Shown: positions 9,985-20,000, counted from the first letter of the stretch. The stretch is 20,000 nucleotides of DNA from Halocafeteria seosinensis (GCA_001687465.1 LVLI01000176.1:121104-141103); one strand, 5' to 3'. The notes: generated by a model not told the origin, from the sequence alone. Numbers and translations are program-made.

Positions 9985-12900
9985 TATGGGATCATCGCCG
10001 TAGGCATCTTCGTCGTCATCGTAATCTAATTCCATCATGCTATCGTCTCCGGTGGCTGTACTAGTATTGGTACCCATCATATCTCTTGTTTGACGAGCGA
10101 GCTCCTGTTGGCGTTGCACATCCCGGGAGTGAACAGTGTGAGCAATACGCTGTCTGTTAACTGTCTCGTCAGACGTGTCTTCACTCGCTGGTTCAGTTCC
10201 GTGTGCTTGTTCGGACAGAATTTCAGTCTTCATGATTAGAGTCGCATAGTTCTCCAAATTCTCTTTCAGATCGCTTGCTTTCTTCAGTAAAGTGTCGTCC
10301 AAATCGCGGGCCTCGGCCACGCCATAAATGAGCTTCGTCAACAACCAGTAAGGCACATAGTCTGGTGCCTCATAGTCTTCAGTGTGCCACGCATTTTCAA
10401 GTCTCGTCGTTGCACGTTTCACAAGTTCATGAGCAAAATCCAGTGACAACCTCACATGTCCAAACTTCATAAACGTTTGCAGAAGCCTGGACGGATCCCC
10501 CTTCTCTGTGGCATATTGCTTAGCTTCCTTGATTAACCAGGCGGGTGGTTCCATTGCAGAGTCGTGGGAGAAGACCGCTCCAATTGCTGTATCATAAATA
10601 CTTGGATACTCGTGATATACTTTGGAAAGGATATACAAAGCCTCCCGTAACTTGTTCCAAAGAATACCCCACGAGGAATCTGTGGTGGCGGTCTGCCCCA
10701 GATCCATTAGGAGACCGTGCTGGGTCAACGAATCGTACATCTTCTTACTGACCGATAGGTTGCTTCCGTGCAAACTGGCGCAAGCAGTAGCGAGCTTGTC
10801 GACGACATCTCTAGGTGACAAGGAGGATACTGTCAGCATGGAGTTGTACTTGTGAAAGCTGTTGAACATCTCTAGATCGGGAAACACGATACTATCCTGT
10901 CGCTCTTGAAGTAGTTTTTCAAATCGTTGTTTTGGTATTTCCCCAAAGAGTGCAAGTTGAAGACTCCGCATATATTGACCCTGTCGCATAAGCGTCTTTT
11001 GAAGCGGTACAAAGTCAGCGACGCCTTCCGTGTGCCCCGATGCCCACAAGGAGATGCAAACACTCTTGAGCAAAGTGTCTGAAGTGCTACTGACCCCAGT
11101 GATATCTCCTGTTACTTTATGAGCATGCAAGCAAGAAAGCTCATTAGTGACCAAAGAATGAAGGCAAAGCAAATCGAACTTGGTCCTTATAGGGGAAGTG
11201 CTCTGCCTTCTAGGGTTGAATAAGGAAGATTGTCCTCCGAAAGTGTCATTTAACGACGTTTCCTTCCTAAACGACGCGTTGTCCGTCTCAAAAATATCAT
11301 ACGCCGACGAAATCGGATCATGAAAATTTTTCTGATCCACATTTGCCTGCCACGTCATTAAAATGGAAAGTGATGCAGCCTGGGAAGATGGGTCGACAGA
11401 GACCCATTGGTCAGTCTCACTGCCCATCTCAAGGGCTCCCAGTAACAGTGTAAGGCCTTCTTGGAGCAATACTCGCATCAAGATGGCAACTTCTATTTGG
11501 TGTGATGACCAAGAGGATACTCGGACCGAAAGTGTTTCATGCGCTCTTAGCAACAAAGAGCAGTATTCCCACAAGATGTGCCTCGATTCTTTCACGAGCT
11601 CAAATTTCATCATTAGAGAATACAAATGCAAAAACGTCTCCTTAAGGTCTCTGAGATCCTTGCTGTCTATGTTGCGTAGCTCAGCCTTGGAAAAGAAACG
11701 GTAAGAGGCTTTTCGAGACAAATACTCAATTGCCCATACCATTGATTCCAGTTCAAAAGGGAGGGACGCGACGATATCCCAACGCCCGTCTTCCACAAGC
11801 CCAAACACCAACGTATGTACGGCATCACGTCGATAATGTGCCATAGACAACTTCTTGCAGCTATGGAGTGCTTCTGTGTAACGCTCTAGCCACTGTAACT
11901 CTTCTATCTCAATATGTACAACCCTAGAGTAAATATCCAACGCTTCATAGTGTGGGACCCCACCTTCTAAATCATCCGAACTCGCATTTTGCAGCAATTC
12001 TTCTAGTTCCTTCAATGCTAGACTAGCAAACTCCAACGGGCCTTGATGGATGTCATCCGGCCAGTACCCATTGTTAGTACCATGCTTCTCACAGCCAACA
12101 CTACTGCGGTGCTTTTTCAACAGAGACGCCGCCATTGTGCAGAAGCATGCGAAACCCATCTTCCCAAATGTCAAATGTAGCTGCGGCTCGCTCTCAGATC
12201 CTCGTGGAACATGAAGAGGTTTTGCGTCTTGTAAATGACGAAGAGCATACCTGGCGGACCTGGAACTCTTCAAAGGATGTGAGTGGTGGTACAAGCTTCG
12301 CGCTGAATGAAGCTCGGACAAGCATTTTGCGATCCTCAATTGCCTGGTTGCATCTGCAGTCCTGCTGAAACAATAGAAGTCTTCGATAGAGGGAAAGAGC
12401 TGACTGATTGCATGGAATTGCCCCGTTACTAACGCCATAGACGCAATGCTTGGGAGTCTATCCCAGTGGGGGATTGACGAGACAGGGGTTTCATTGCTGT
12501 AGGACCGGCAACCAAGATTTTCGTAAAGAAATCTCGATGAATATTCCACCGCTGATGAAAGCGAGAGCTGGTCTTCCCCTCTCAGTAATTTTATGAAACA
12601 TTCGAGCAATGAGCGTCGCGCGTTCAGCCTTAACTGTCCATGTTCGCAGGACAAATCAATGGCCACCGGCCGCGTCGTAGAAAGTACGTCAGAATCTAAC
12701 AGATCTCCGGATAAGGAGGGAAAGAGCTGTGAAACATCAGCCACCAAGCTGCGTTTTGGAGATCCGTATACTTCCGCAGTTTCAGTACAAGCAACGAGAG
12801 AGCCCTGCACGGGAGACAAATCGCTGCACACTTGCTCAAATGCACATAACATAGGCTTCTGCTCAACGTGGGCAAGTCGGAAGTATCTCTTCCAGGACGG

Positions 12901-15900
12901 AAAAAGAATGGTTTCATGAGATATCCATCCGTCTAGCCCCAAAGAGGGAATGATTTCCCACGGCATACGTGTCATATGAGAGCAGAGAACGCGCAAATTG
13001 TCCAAGAGTGCTCGCTTCTGATAAGAATCGGAAACGTTTAAGCACAGGGCACTTAACTTCATTATAATTATCCAAGTCCAGGAACCTCTCCAAACAGACG
13101 CTACGGCGCTTTGCTCCGCCCCATCTGGGGTTGCAGACAGGGCATGAAGGAGTTCCGAAAACGTACGGCTTACAGGTATGTGTATATCTGGCTCCTCACC
13201 AGAATATATAACCGGGTTTAGACATTGTCGTTCGAGTTCCGTGGGGGCTGCGCGAAGGCCAATCATAACGTTACGTGTGGTATCGTTTCCGCTGAAAAAT
13301 TCATGTTCTCCGAGCCGTTGCGCTTCCACGGGATTCCTGCAGAACCAGGCATTCTGCTCCAACAGCGCACACAAAAGTGACAATTTTACTCCAATTGATG
13401 CATTCTCTTTTCCAAAAGCGACAATCGCATTCTTGATAGCATTGCAGTTTTCTTGCAAAGACGTGGACTGGTACGGCTGCAGAGCCGGGTAACGATGCTC
13501 TTGCCGAACTAGACTCAACGATATGTCCCAGAGACTCTCCAGAAGTAACGGTTGCTTAGTCGCATCCTCCGTGTATTCTCTCAACAGCCTCTGTACCATA
13601 AGCAATACAGAGACAGCATAGCTCCTTGCCTTGTAGCCCAAGAGAGTAAACAAGAATGACGGCTGGTGCATTGCGTGTTCGGCGGAGTGAAGACCTCTAG
13701 TTTCCCCACTGCGTTGAGCGACAAGATTTTCAGCTATCGCCATGCTTTGGCGATTGTAACAGAGGTCTAACAACTCTTCGAATGCCTCGAGCTGTGTAAA
13801 TCGCTCACCGACACTTCTGTCATAAGTAAGAAATCCAGACCACTGCAAAGCAGTTAACCTAACGATGGTTTCTCCCTCCCACTTTTCTGCAGCAGAGGGT
13901 GCTATGCTGCCTTCCTTCCAAAGGATATCAGCGATGCTAGAACGCTCCTCGAGAACGAGTTCATAGTCCCTATCATCTCGATTAGTTTGGGAATACATTG
14001 CGGCATTTGAGGAAGCATTAGCCACTAACGAGTCGAACGAAGCAGCTGTGGATTCCAGTAGTTGGCCGAAAGAATACTCATTCCCTCCCCCTTGCAAGAG
14101 GTGCGACTGAACATTTACAGGCAACAGAGAAAAAATAGCGGATGCCGCCCAGTGTAGGAGCAACGTCCTGTCTCCTTGAATAGCATCCATAGGAGTCGAT
14201 CTACACTTCGTCATCCTTAGGTATCGTTCCGGGGGACATAAGGCTTTCAAGTGCAGGGGCCGGATAACGAAGAGACCCTCCCGTCGCACGACTACAGCAC
14301 CTCTAGCTGTCGCATTTGGTCGAGTTCTAGAATAGATAGAAAGCGGTTCCAATAAAGACTCGACCATTCCATAGAACTGTTTTAAAAAGTACTGCCAAGC
14401 CTTAAAGTGCATGCTAAAAAATTGCCGAGCATTTTCCACAGACTGAATGGGTACAAAGCCCGATGCTTTTCGCACAAATCCAGACCGATTGATAGCCAGA
14501 TCCTGAATCGTACGCATGACACAGAAAAGCAAGTGAGCCTTCGGGAAGTCCCAGCAAGCATGTTGTAATGCAGGACTCAAAACGAGTTCATGCTCCAGCG
14601 CATCAATAGAACAATTCAACTCTGCAGCGGTCCACTCAAACAGCGTCATTCGTTCACCACCTTCGTACAGAGCAGGTAGTTCGATATCTCCTACCGCATT
14701 TTCAAGTCTTGTGGCAATTACTGTAACCAGTACCGTACCGGAACTTCCTCTGGCAATGTCACCATACAGAAAGTCGTGAGCCATGTAGCCTTCATTTCCA
14801 CAAAGCAATCGCAAACAGTGAGAATCAAGGCAACCGATAGACTTTAAAACAGCTGTTTGGGCGTCCTCATGCGGTGTCTTCTGGGAGTTTTCCTGAGTCA
14901 GGAGCTTGTTAGGGTCGTGAACAAGATTGGGAGGGTCCGCATCGAATATACTACTTGTAGTGAAGTCTGACACCCTGTCACTTGACCAATTGTCTCCAAA
15001 GTGTTGAATAGAGTAGTCGTAATCCACATCGAATATCATATCGCGGTTCGATTTTGCTCTATCTGCAGCCTCAGTAACAGCTTTTACCATCCATTCTTCA
15101 CTCTTATAGCCTAATTCTGTAAGTCCGAAAGTCTCAGAATGAACCATATCAAGAACATCATAATGGAGGGACAATGGAATCTCCTCTGTAATCCGCTTGT
15201 TCTCCCTCCGGCAATATTTGAACGCTACTCCAGGTTTATTTTCATGGTTCCAGCATTGCCAGCATGCATTCGTGTTTTCTTCTGAGTCGACGCACACTAA
15301 CTGTTTCATGTACATCGAATCGGAAGCCCAGGTACAATCATCCGCGTTTCCATTTAAGCTTGCCGGTGAAAATTCCTCCGCGCGTACTTCCGGCAGTTTC
15401 GAGCGAGAGAGGGGCCCGTCCAGTTCAAATACGAAATGGGAATCGGTTAAAGCGGAGCTTGTTACATCAAATCCACCATGACTTATGCGGAGAATGAAGA
15501 CACTTCTATCGTTACCAGCGTAATCGGTGAAAATATCGGCAGCATATACCTGCTGTTCCTGTGACAGGTCTACGCCTGCTAACTCGAACAAATCCCATGC
15601 GTATCGACAATTCACCTTCAGTATGTCCCACAGTAGCACTGTACCGTCTTTATGGACGCTCAATACCCATCTATTACTTTCTTGACCAGACTTTGAGCTT
15701 CTAGTTGGAGAGACAAATTGGAAATCGAGCACTGCACGTTCGCCCACCGTTTGACTACTTCCAGAGAACGCTGACAGGACCGTTTCAAGCATTGACTTAG
15801 ATGTGTGAAGCCTCTTTTGGTGCAAGCAATCTTGACTAACACAATAGAGAGCTTTACCCTCATCAGAATACAAAGTGTGAACGCTACCATCCTCGAAACC

Positions 15901-16733
15901 AAGAATTACAAAAGTATCCCGGAAGGCAGCGCTAGTTACGCGAGTTTGTCCATTCGCCTCCTGTGCTGTCCAAGAGAAGAAAGAGGAGGAGAGAGGTGGT
16001 TCATTCTTGGTACTCAATGCAGCACCGGCATAGACGAGGCAATTTGAGCTGGGATGCAAAGGGCGATTCTGGTCTTCATCAGCATACGGTGTGAACATTG
16101 ATAAGCCCCCCTCCGTCCCATTCGTCGCTTGCTCTTCCGGCATTTCAAACCCGAAATGATGAACCGTAGCCACTACTGTTACCACCGACACAAAGAGGAA
16201 ATTACTGCCTTCATATTTCTCCACTCTAACGTGCACACTACGAGCTAATACATCGACTGCGAGTGGGTTAGTCGTCACCCTGTGAATCTAGGTCAAATTC
16301 AAAACACCATCAACCACCGAGACTTACCTGGGAACCTTAAGATAATTTTATTTTGCCTCAAGCTCCCTCTCTCCGGTACCTCCATGAGCATTATCTCATT
16401 GTGCCATGCTCTCCATACGACATCCGAGGTAACTGTGTGGGAAGGATTCACATTCGATTTCGAGCAGTCAATGGGACAAATTCCTCCATGTTCGTATAAG
16501 CGCCTTCGGACCGGGGATGATATATGGCGGCTAGGAGCATCTTCCATTGTCTGATCAGCATCTGCGGGATCACTAGAGTTATACCGATCCATTGGACTCG
16601 GTGCAACCTTCGTGGGGAACTCATTCGGCCAAGGGACATCGTATATAGACACATCTTCTTCCTGAGACTCCGTGAAAAAAGCCAAAGGGAACTCGTAGAG
16701 AGGACCCTCACTTTCCTCTTCGCTTTCACTCAT
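9976..16733 (-). CDS. NUP160: Nucleoporin Nup160/Nup120-like protein, 2 exons, ~2228 aa
   Basis: Exon 1 is 16733-16328 (MSESEEE...IILRFP). A 71-nt intron follows at 16327-16257 (GTAAGT...GACTAAC branch point...CTCGCAG). Exon 2 is 16256-9976. The N-terminal part is beta-propeller-like (WVLSVHKDGTVLLWDI) and is followed by a helical region. The C-terminus has PAWL.....DPSRLLQTFMKFG....VPYWLLTKLI, resembling from memory the Nup160 C-terminal LP.WL / LL..Y / LPY..ID.L blocks. Confidence 0.7.
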
Positions 16734-16913
16734 TTCTATACACACAATCCACTTCACTCGAGTGAAGTGGGTGTATCAAGGATGGAACTATCGATATATC
16801 CTTGTCTATGCACCAACAAATGGATGTTTGGCCTGCAATGGTCAATTGATATCCAGTAGTCGATTGCAACAATCTTTCCTGATACTTAAGCCACTAGCCA
16901 CTTAGGGGCGCGA

Positions 16914-17030
16914 ACTTAATCATCAGGTTGACCCAGCCGGCTCCGAACCCCCAATCCCGGCATGCCAGGGATGACTTAATCATCAGGTTGACCCAGCCGG
17001 CTCCGAACCCCCAATCCCGGCATGCCAGGG
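16914..17030 (+). repeat. Exact tandem duplication: two identical 57-bp copies, period 60, each containing the left inverted repeat
   Basis: 16914-16970 and 16974-17030 are both ACTTAATCATCAGGTTGACCCAGCCGGCTCCGAACCCCCAATCCCGGCATGCCAGGG, separated by ATG. Confidence 0.97.
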
Positions 17031-17920
17031 CGGTCCGGTGTCGCGGCTACAGGGCAGCCTTGGGCAGGCTACCCACACAGCGCAGGCAGTGCAGGCACTG
17101 GCTGTGGTCCAGCCTGTGGAGCAGTGGTACCGTATACGTCGTTGAAGTCTGTGTTGTTGCTGTGTAACTACTGAAGTGTATGTTAAACGCCGTGCAGCAA
17201 GCCTACTGAGTGTCAGTTAAAATTTTAAAGAGGACCGTGTACTGGTTTCATCAAGGTAAGTGTATATTGTATACATGTTGGCTCAACCGTTTTGGCGCGA
17301 GAAGGAAGCCGATGCCTTCGTTTGTTGTTGTACTATTGAGCAAAGGGGGTGCTCGCATTGAGTACTACTACTTGTAGGAAGAAAGATGGCAGAGTAAAAA
17401 ACATTGAGGAGACGTTCCTTGGGCTCCATTGTTGCCGCGGCGTCGGGTGAACTCAACGCCACCGACGTGGAAAGTTCACGGACATATCATATCCGGCCTA
17501 CGCTCGAAATACCAATTAATCTTGTCCTCCCTGTGTTAAAGGGGGTGATCATTAGGCAGAGAGAAGTGAATACCGTTTGCGTGTGTGGGATAGGGAATCA
17601 AGTATCACCAGTAAAGGGGAACTGGCAAGTCGATCGGCTTAGAGGAACGGTGGTTGGTCCGCCTAGAGCGACGTTCATGGAGACTCTGTAGACTCGCGTT
17701 GCAGAGTGGTACGGAACCTAGAGAGGATGATGTATGTGAGGTGACTCGAGAACGAAGTGAATATTCTCCGGGTGGAAAGAGTGAACCGTAAAGCGGACCG
17801 ACCGACAGTGTTGTGTGAGATGCTCATGAGAGCGGTGATTCATCTGGAGTTCATTCAGCACCGGTGGATCCAAGCGAAGAGAATCGATTCGACAAAGCAA
17901 AGACGTGAATATCGTTCGGC

Positions 17921-18159
17921 TGTGGTGGTAATCAGTCGGGTATCACTGGTGAAGCGGAACGGAGGGACGAGGGAGAGCGGTGATCTGTATTGAAGAAGAA
18001 CCTCATGTAGACTAATACGGAAGCAACTTGCGCAACCCAGCAAAGATGTTGTCTGTGAACCGACTCGGGAAGAAAGTGAGCGTCCTCCAGTTGTGGTGGT
18101 AGTCAATCGGCTATCGCTGGTGAAGCGGAACGGACAGAGTTAAGCGAAAGCGGTGATCT
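17921..18159 (+). repeat. Diverged direct repeat pair (~66-68 bp)
   Basis: 17921-17963 vs 18092-18134 match at 39/43 positions (TGTGGTGGTA.TCA.TCGG.TATC.CTGGTGAAGCGGAACGGA). Both are followed ~10 nt later by GARAGCGGTGATCT. Confidence 0.9.
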
Positions 18160-18213
18160 ATCTTCGTGGAGGGACGCGTCCATGACTGGTACGTCCGGGT
18201 ACAGCTGGTGATA

Positions 18214-18309
18214 TTGATCCTGGAGTAAGGAGTTGAGGTCGAATGAAAGCGGTGGTCTGTCTTGATCCGGGGGTAAAGAGTTGAGGTCGAATGAAAGCGG
18301 TGATCTGTC
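18214..18309 (+). repeat. Tandem repeat, 2 x 48 bp
   Basis: 18214-18261 vs 18262-18309 match at 44/48 positions (TTGATCC.GG.GTAA.GAGTTGAGGTCGAATGAAAGCGGTG.TCTGTC). Confidence 0.93.
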
Positions 18310-18671
18310 TCTGGAGAGTACGTAATGACAAAGAAGCGGGGCCTCTGGTGAAGGGGCTACGACAGGCTAACCTTTTACTTGCTGGCCTCTGAACCGTGGA
18401 GGATATAGCTAGCACAAGCTGAGCCAAATGTGCCTGATGGTCATGTTACGGTGGTTGACGGCAACTCCAGTAGTTCGGAAACAACACCGTTGGAGCAGAA
18501 ACGTAGACGGTGGCTAAGGCATTATTGGTGAGTGGAATTGTCTGCCGTGAAAATGGATCGTAATCCATTAACAGCCTGTTGTCATGTTCAAGGCCATGTC
18601 ACTGGTTAGCTCGGTAGAGCTGCTGTCCTCCCAACGAGCATGCCTGAAAGACGGCTCCTATAGAATACCTG

Positions 18672-19352
18672 ATGAGCCGCTTGTCTACTCGGTGTTGGTT
18701 GAAGCGACAGAATATTTCGGGTGAAGTGTTGGTGCGGTCAGAAAGGTTCAGCGGTATGCGGATGTGTCGGTCGGCGAGTAAGTTGTTGGTGACAACAAGT
18801 CAATGTCATATGGTATGGATCCCCCCACCTTTGGAAGCAGAACGACTCCGACAACAGTTGAATAATATCGAACTACCCGAGGTCGACATGATTCTGCTTC
18901 TTGTGCGACGTGAAGAAAACGTTTGGGCTCTGGTGGTGGTTAACCTGAATGACAATGGCCCCTATGTTTCTTGCCTTGGTTGGCATCACCCGGGAAAGTT
19001 AACAAAGGATCAGGTATTACGCATTTGTCAGAAGTGGGTCAATGAAGAAATAGAGAAGCACAAGTTCCCCAAAGATGGAGCAATGCTGGAAGACACAGAT
19101 TCTTCGGATTCAGACGAAGGGCCACGGAAAGCAGAGCGTTGGACAAGTGGGCCGATGGATGTTCTCTTCCGTGGTTGTTGGCCGAAGGACAGTCCACTCC
19201 ATCTGTATTTCTGTGCCAAGGGACAATTAGATAAACAGTTCGACTACGAAAACCCCTTCAACGACCGTCCCCCTTATAGAGAGATGAAATTCCAAAGGCG
19301 GCGGTTTCTGCTGGATTTATGGTACGCTAGCAACCCTCATGCCTCAGAATAA
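18672..19352 (+). CDS. Ulp1/SENP (peptidase C48)-fold protein, apparently catalytically inactive; may be the last exon of a longer gene
   Basis: The 226-aa ORF has ordered blocks resembling C48 proteases: L....WL...I (cf. WLND.VI); DMILLLV...NVWALVVVN (cf. D.I..PI...HW.L.VI); QKWVNEEIEKHK (cf. YL..E...K); ERW; KDSPLHLYFCAK (cf. DCG.F.C.YA); PF......EM...RRRFLLDL (cf. F...DM...R..I). An in-frame TGA lies at 18645. A possible acceptor (CCTATAG) ends at 18663. Confidence 0.55.
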   Translation: MSRLSTRCWLKRQNISGEVLVRSERFSGMRMCRSASKLLVTTSQCHMVWIPPPLEAERLRQQLNNIELPEVDMILLLVRREENVWALVVVNLNDNGPYVSCLGWHHPGKLTKDQVLRICQKWVNEEIEKHKFPKDGAMLEDTDSSDSDEGPRKAERWTSGPMDVLFRGCWPKDSPLHLYFCAKGQLDKQFDYENPFNDRPPYREMKFQRRRFLLDLWYASNPHASE

Positions 19353-19863
19353 CCTCCCATGTGGCGACTCAATTCTCACTCTTCTTCTTCCAGCTCCTAT
19401 TTGTGGTTGGGCCACCTTCTTTCTTCATCTTCAGACATCAACCATTTATACCACATACCTTTGGATTCGGCGTTTCCTCTACGGAATATTCGTCAGGGTA
19501 CTGTATCGATTCCACGAGGGGTTACCTCAATACTCACCGACCGCAGCAGGTAGATTAGATTGCTTTCAGTANCAAAAGTAGTAATACACAGACATACACA
19601 TACGCACGCACACAGGCTCCTCTTGTCACCTAAACTATGTTTCTCGACACCGTTGCTCCAATTGTATGTGAACATTCTTTTCAAAGAAGCTCATTCCTAC
19701 ATCCAACGCCGGAGGGTGCTGTCCCAACTGAGGGGCTGCGAGCAAGTGTAGCACCAAACATCCGCTTAAACACGATCAAGTATGCACGTCCGCTCATAAA
19801 CTAGACCGCACGTTTTTATGTTCACCGTTGATGCTGTGACGGGCATTGCTGTCCCGGTCGTCT

Positions 19864-19882
19864 GGCTGGGTCAACCTGATGA
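19864..19882 (-). repeat. Right inverted repeat (19 bp perfect; 22 bp with one mismatch, out to the TA at 19884-19885)
   Basis: GGCTGGGTCAACCTGATGA is the reverse complement of 16920-16938. Confidence 0.95.
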
Positions 19883-20000
19883 GTATGGGGGTGCAAGTTG
19901 GCGGTCAACATGGTCCGCCGAGAGTTTAGCACTATCAATCACGCCTCTGAAGCCATGCTTCCAATCACCGCCTGGCATACATACTTACGCTGCTTACACA

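Larger units (their letters stand above)
16914..19927. mobile_element. Putative non-autonomous DNA mobile element bounded by 19-bp inverted repeats (TIR transposon or Helentron/Helitron2-like; class unresolved)
   Basis: TCATCAGGTTGACCCAGCC at 16920-16938 (and again at 16980-16998) is the exact reverse complement of 19864-19882. The interior lacks host-like gene structure, and carries decayed repeats plus one Ulp1-like ORF. No transposase and no unambiguous TSD were found. The right end is 19882-19885 under a TIR model or ~19927 under a Helentron model. Confidence 0.65.

Noticed and set aside
16257..16290. GTG at 16278 as the start of the 2100-aa ORF, or acceptors at 16280/16288
   Set aside because: Those acceptors are out of phase with the phase-1 donor at 16327. 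The CAG ending at 16257, with a CTAAC branch point, gives an in-frame join.
16914..17030. Repeat pair as a CRISPR array
   Set aside because: Only two copies with a 3-nt spacer, in a eukaryotic context, with no cas genes.
17376..17450. KDGRVKNIEETFLGL as a hAT transposase remnant
   Set aside because: Only a few residues of similarity, a stop follows within ~8 codons, and there are no other hAT motifs or 8-bp TSD.
18601..18670. TTAGCTCGGTAGAGC resembling a tRNA D-arm / A box
   Set aside because: The D-loop is too short, and there is no TTCRA T-arm or acceptor stem.
19586..19614. CA-rich tract near the ambiguous base N at 19572
   Set aside because: A degenerate microsatellite-like low-complexity tract; the short ORFs around it are unsupported.
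17031..19863. Fanzor/TnpB, reverse transcriptase, tyrosine recombinase or Rep/helicase inside the element
   Set aside because: No ORF of adequate length or with RuvC, YxDD, R-H-R-Y or HUH motifs was seen.
16915..19890. piggyBac assignment based on TTAA at the left end
   Set aside because: The right flank is GTAT rather than TTAA, and the repeat does not begin with CC[CT].
19876..19930. CTGATGA in the inverted repeat (also at 18669) as a hammerhead ribozyme core
   Set aside because: No properly spaced stem II + GAAA + stem III/UH follows at any of the sites.

Overview
Gene-dense eukaryotic window with short GT-AG introns (~62-77 nt); a compact protist genome is likely, but the taxon cannot be fixed from sequence alone. 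Positions 1-16.7 kb hold four host genes: (1) the 3' part of a URB2/Npa2-like ribosome-biogenesis gene (+, <1-2631); (2) a 10-exon OSCA/TMEM63(CSC1)-like channel gene (+, 3733-9364, ~1670 aa) with an extracellular split SUEL/Gal-lectin-like Cys-rich domain and a long charged C-terminal tail; (3) a 3-exon DPM2 gene (+, 9531-9906, 82 aa); (4) an oversized Nup160-like nucleoporin gene (-, 16733-9976, 2 exons, ~2228 aa). The last ~3 kb (16914-~19927) looks like a non-autonomous mobile element about 180 bp upstream of the Nup160-like start. It has a perfect 19-bp inverted repeat at both ends, an exact tandem duplication of its left end, hairpin-rich termini and internal decayed repeats. I found no transposase; the only recognisable cargo is a Ulp1/SENP (C48)-fold ORF whose catalytic residues appear replaced. 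This element is the most unusual item in the window.
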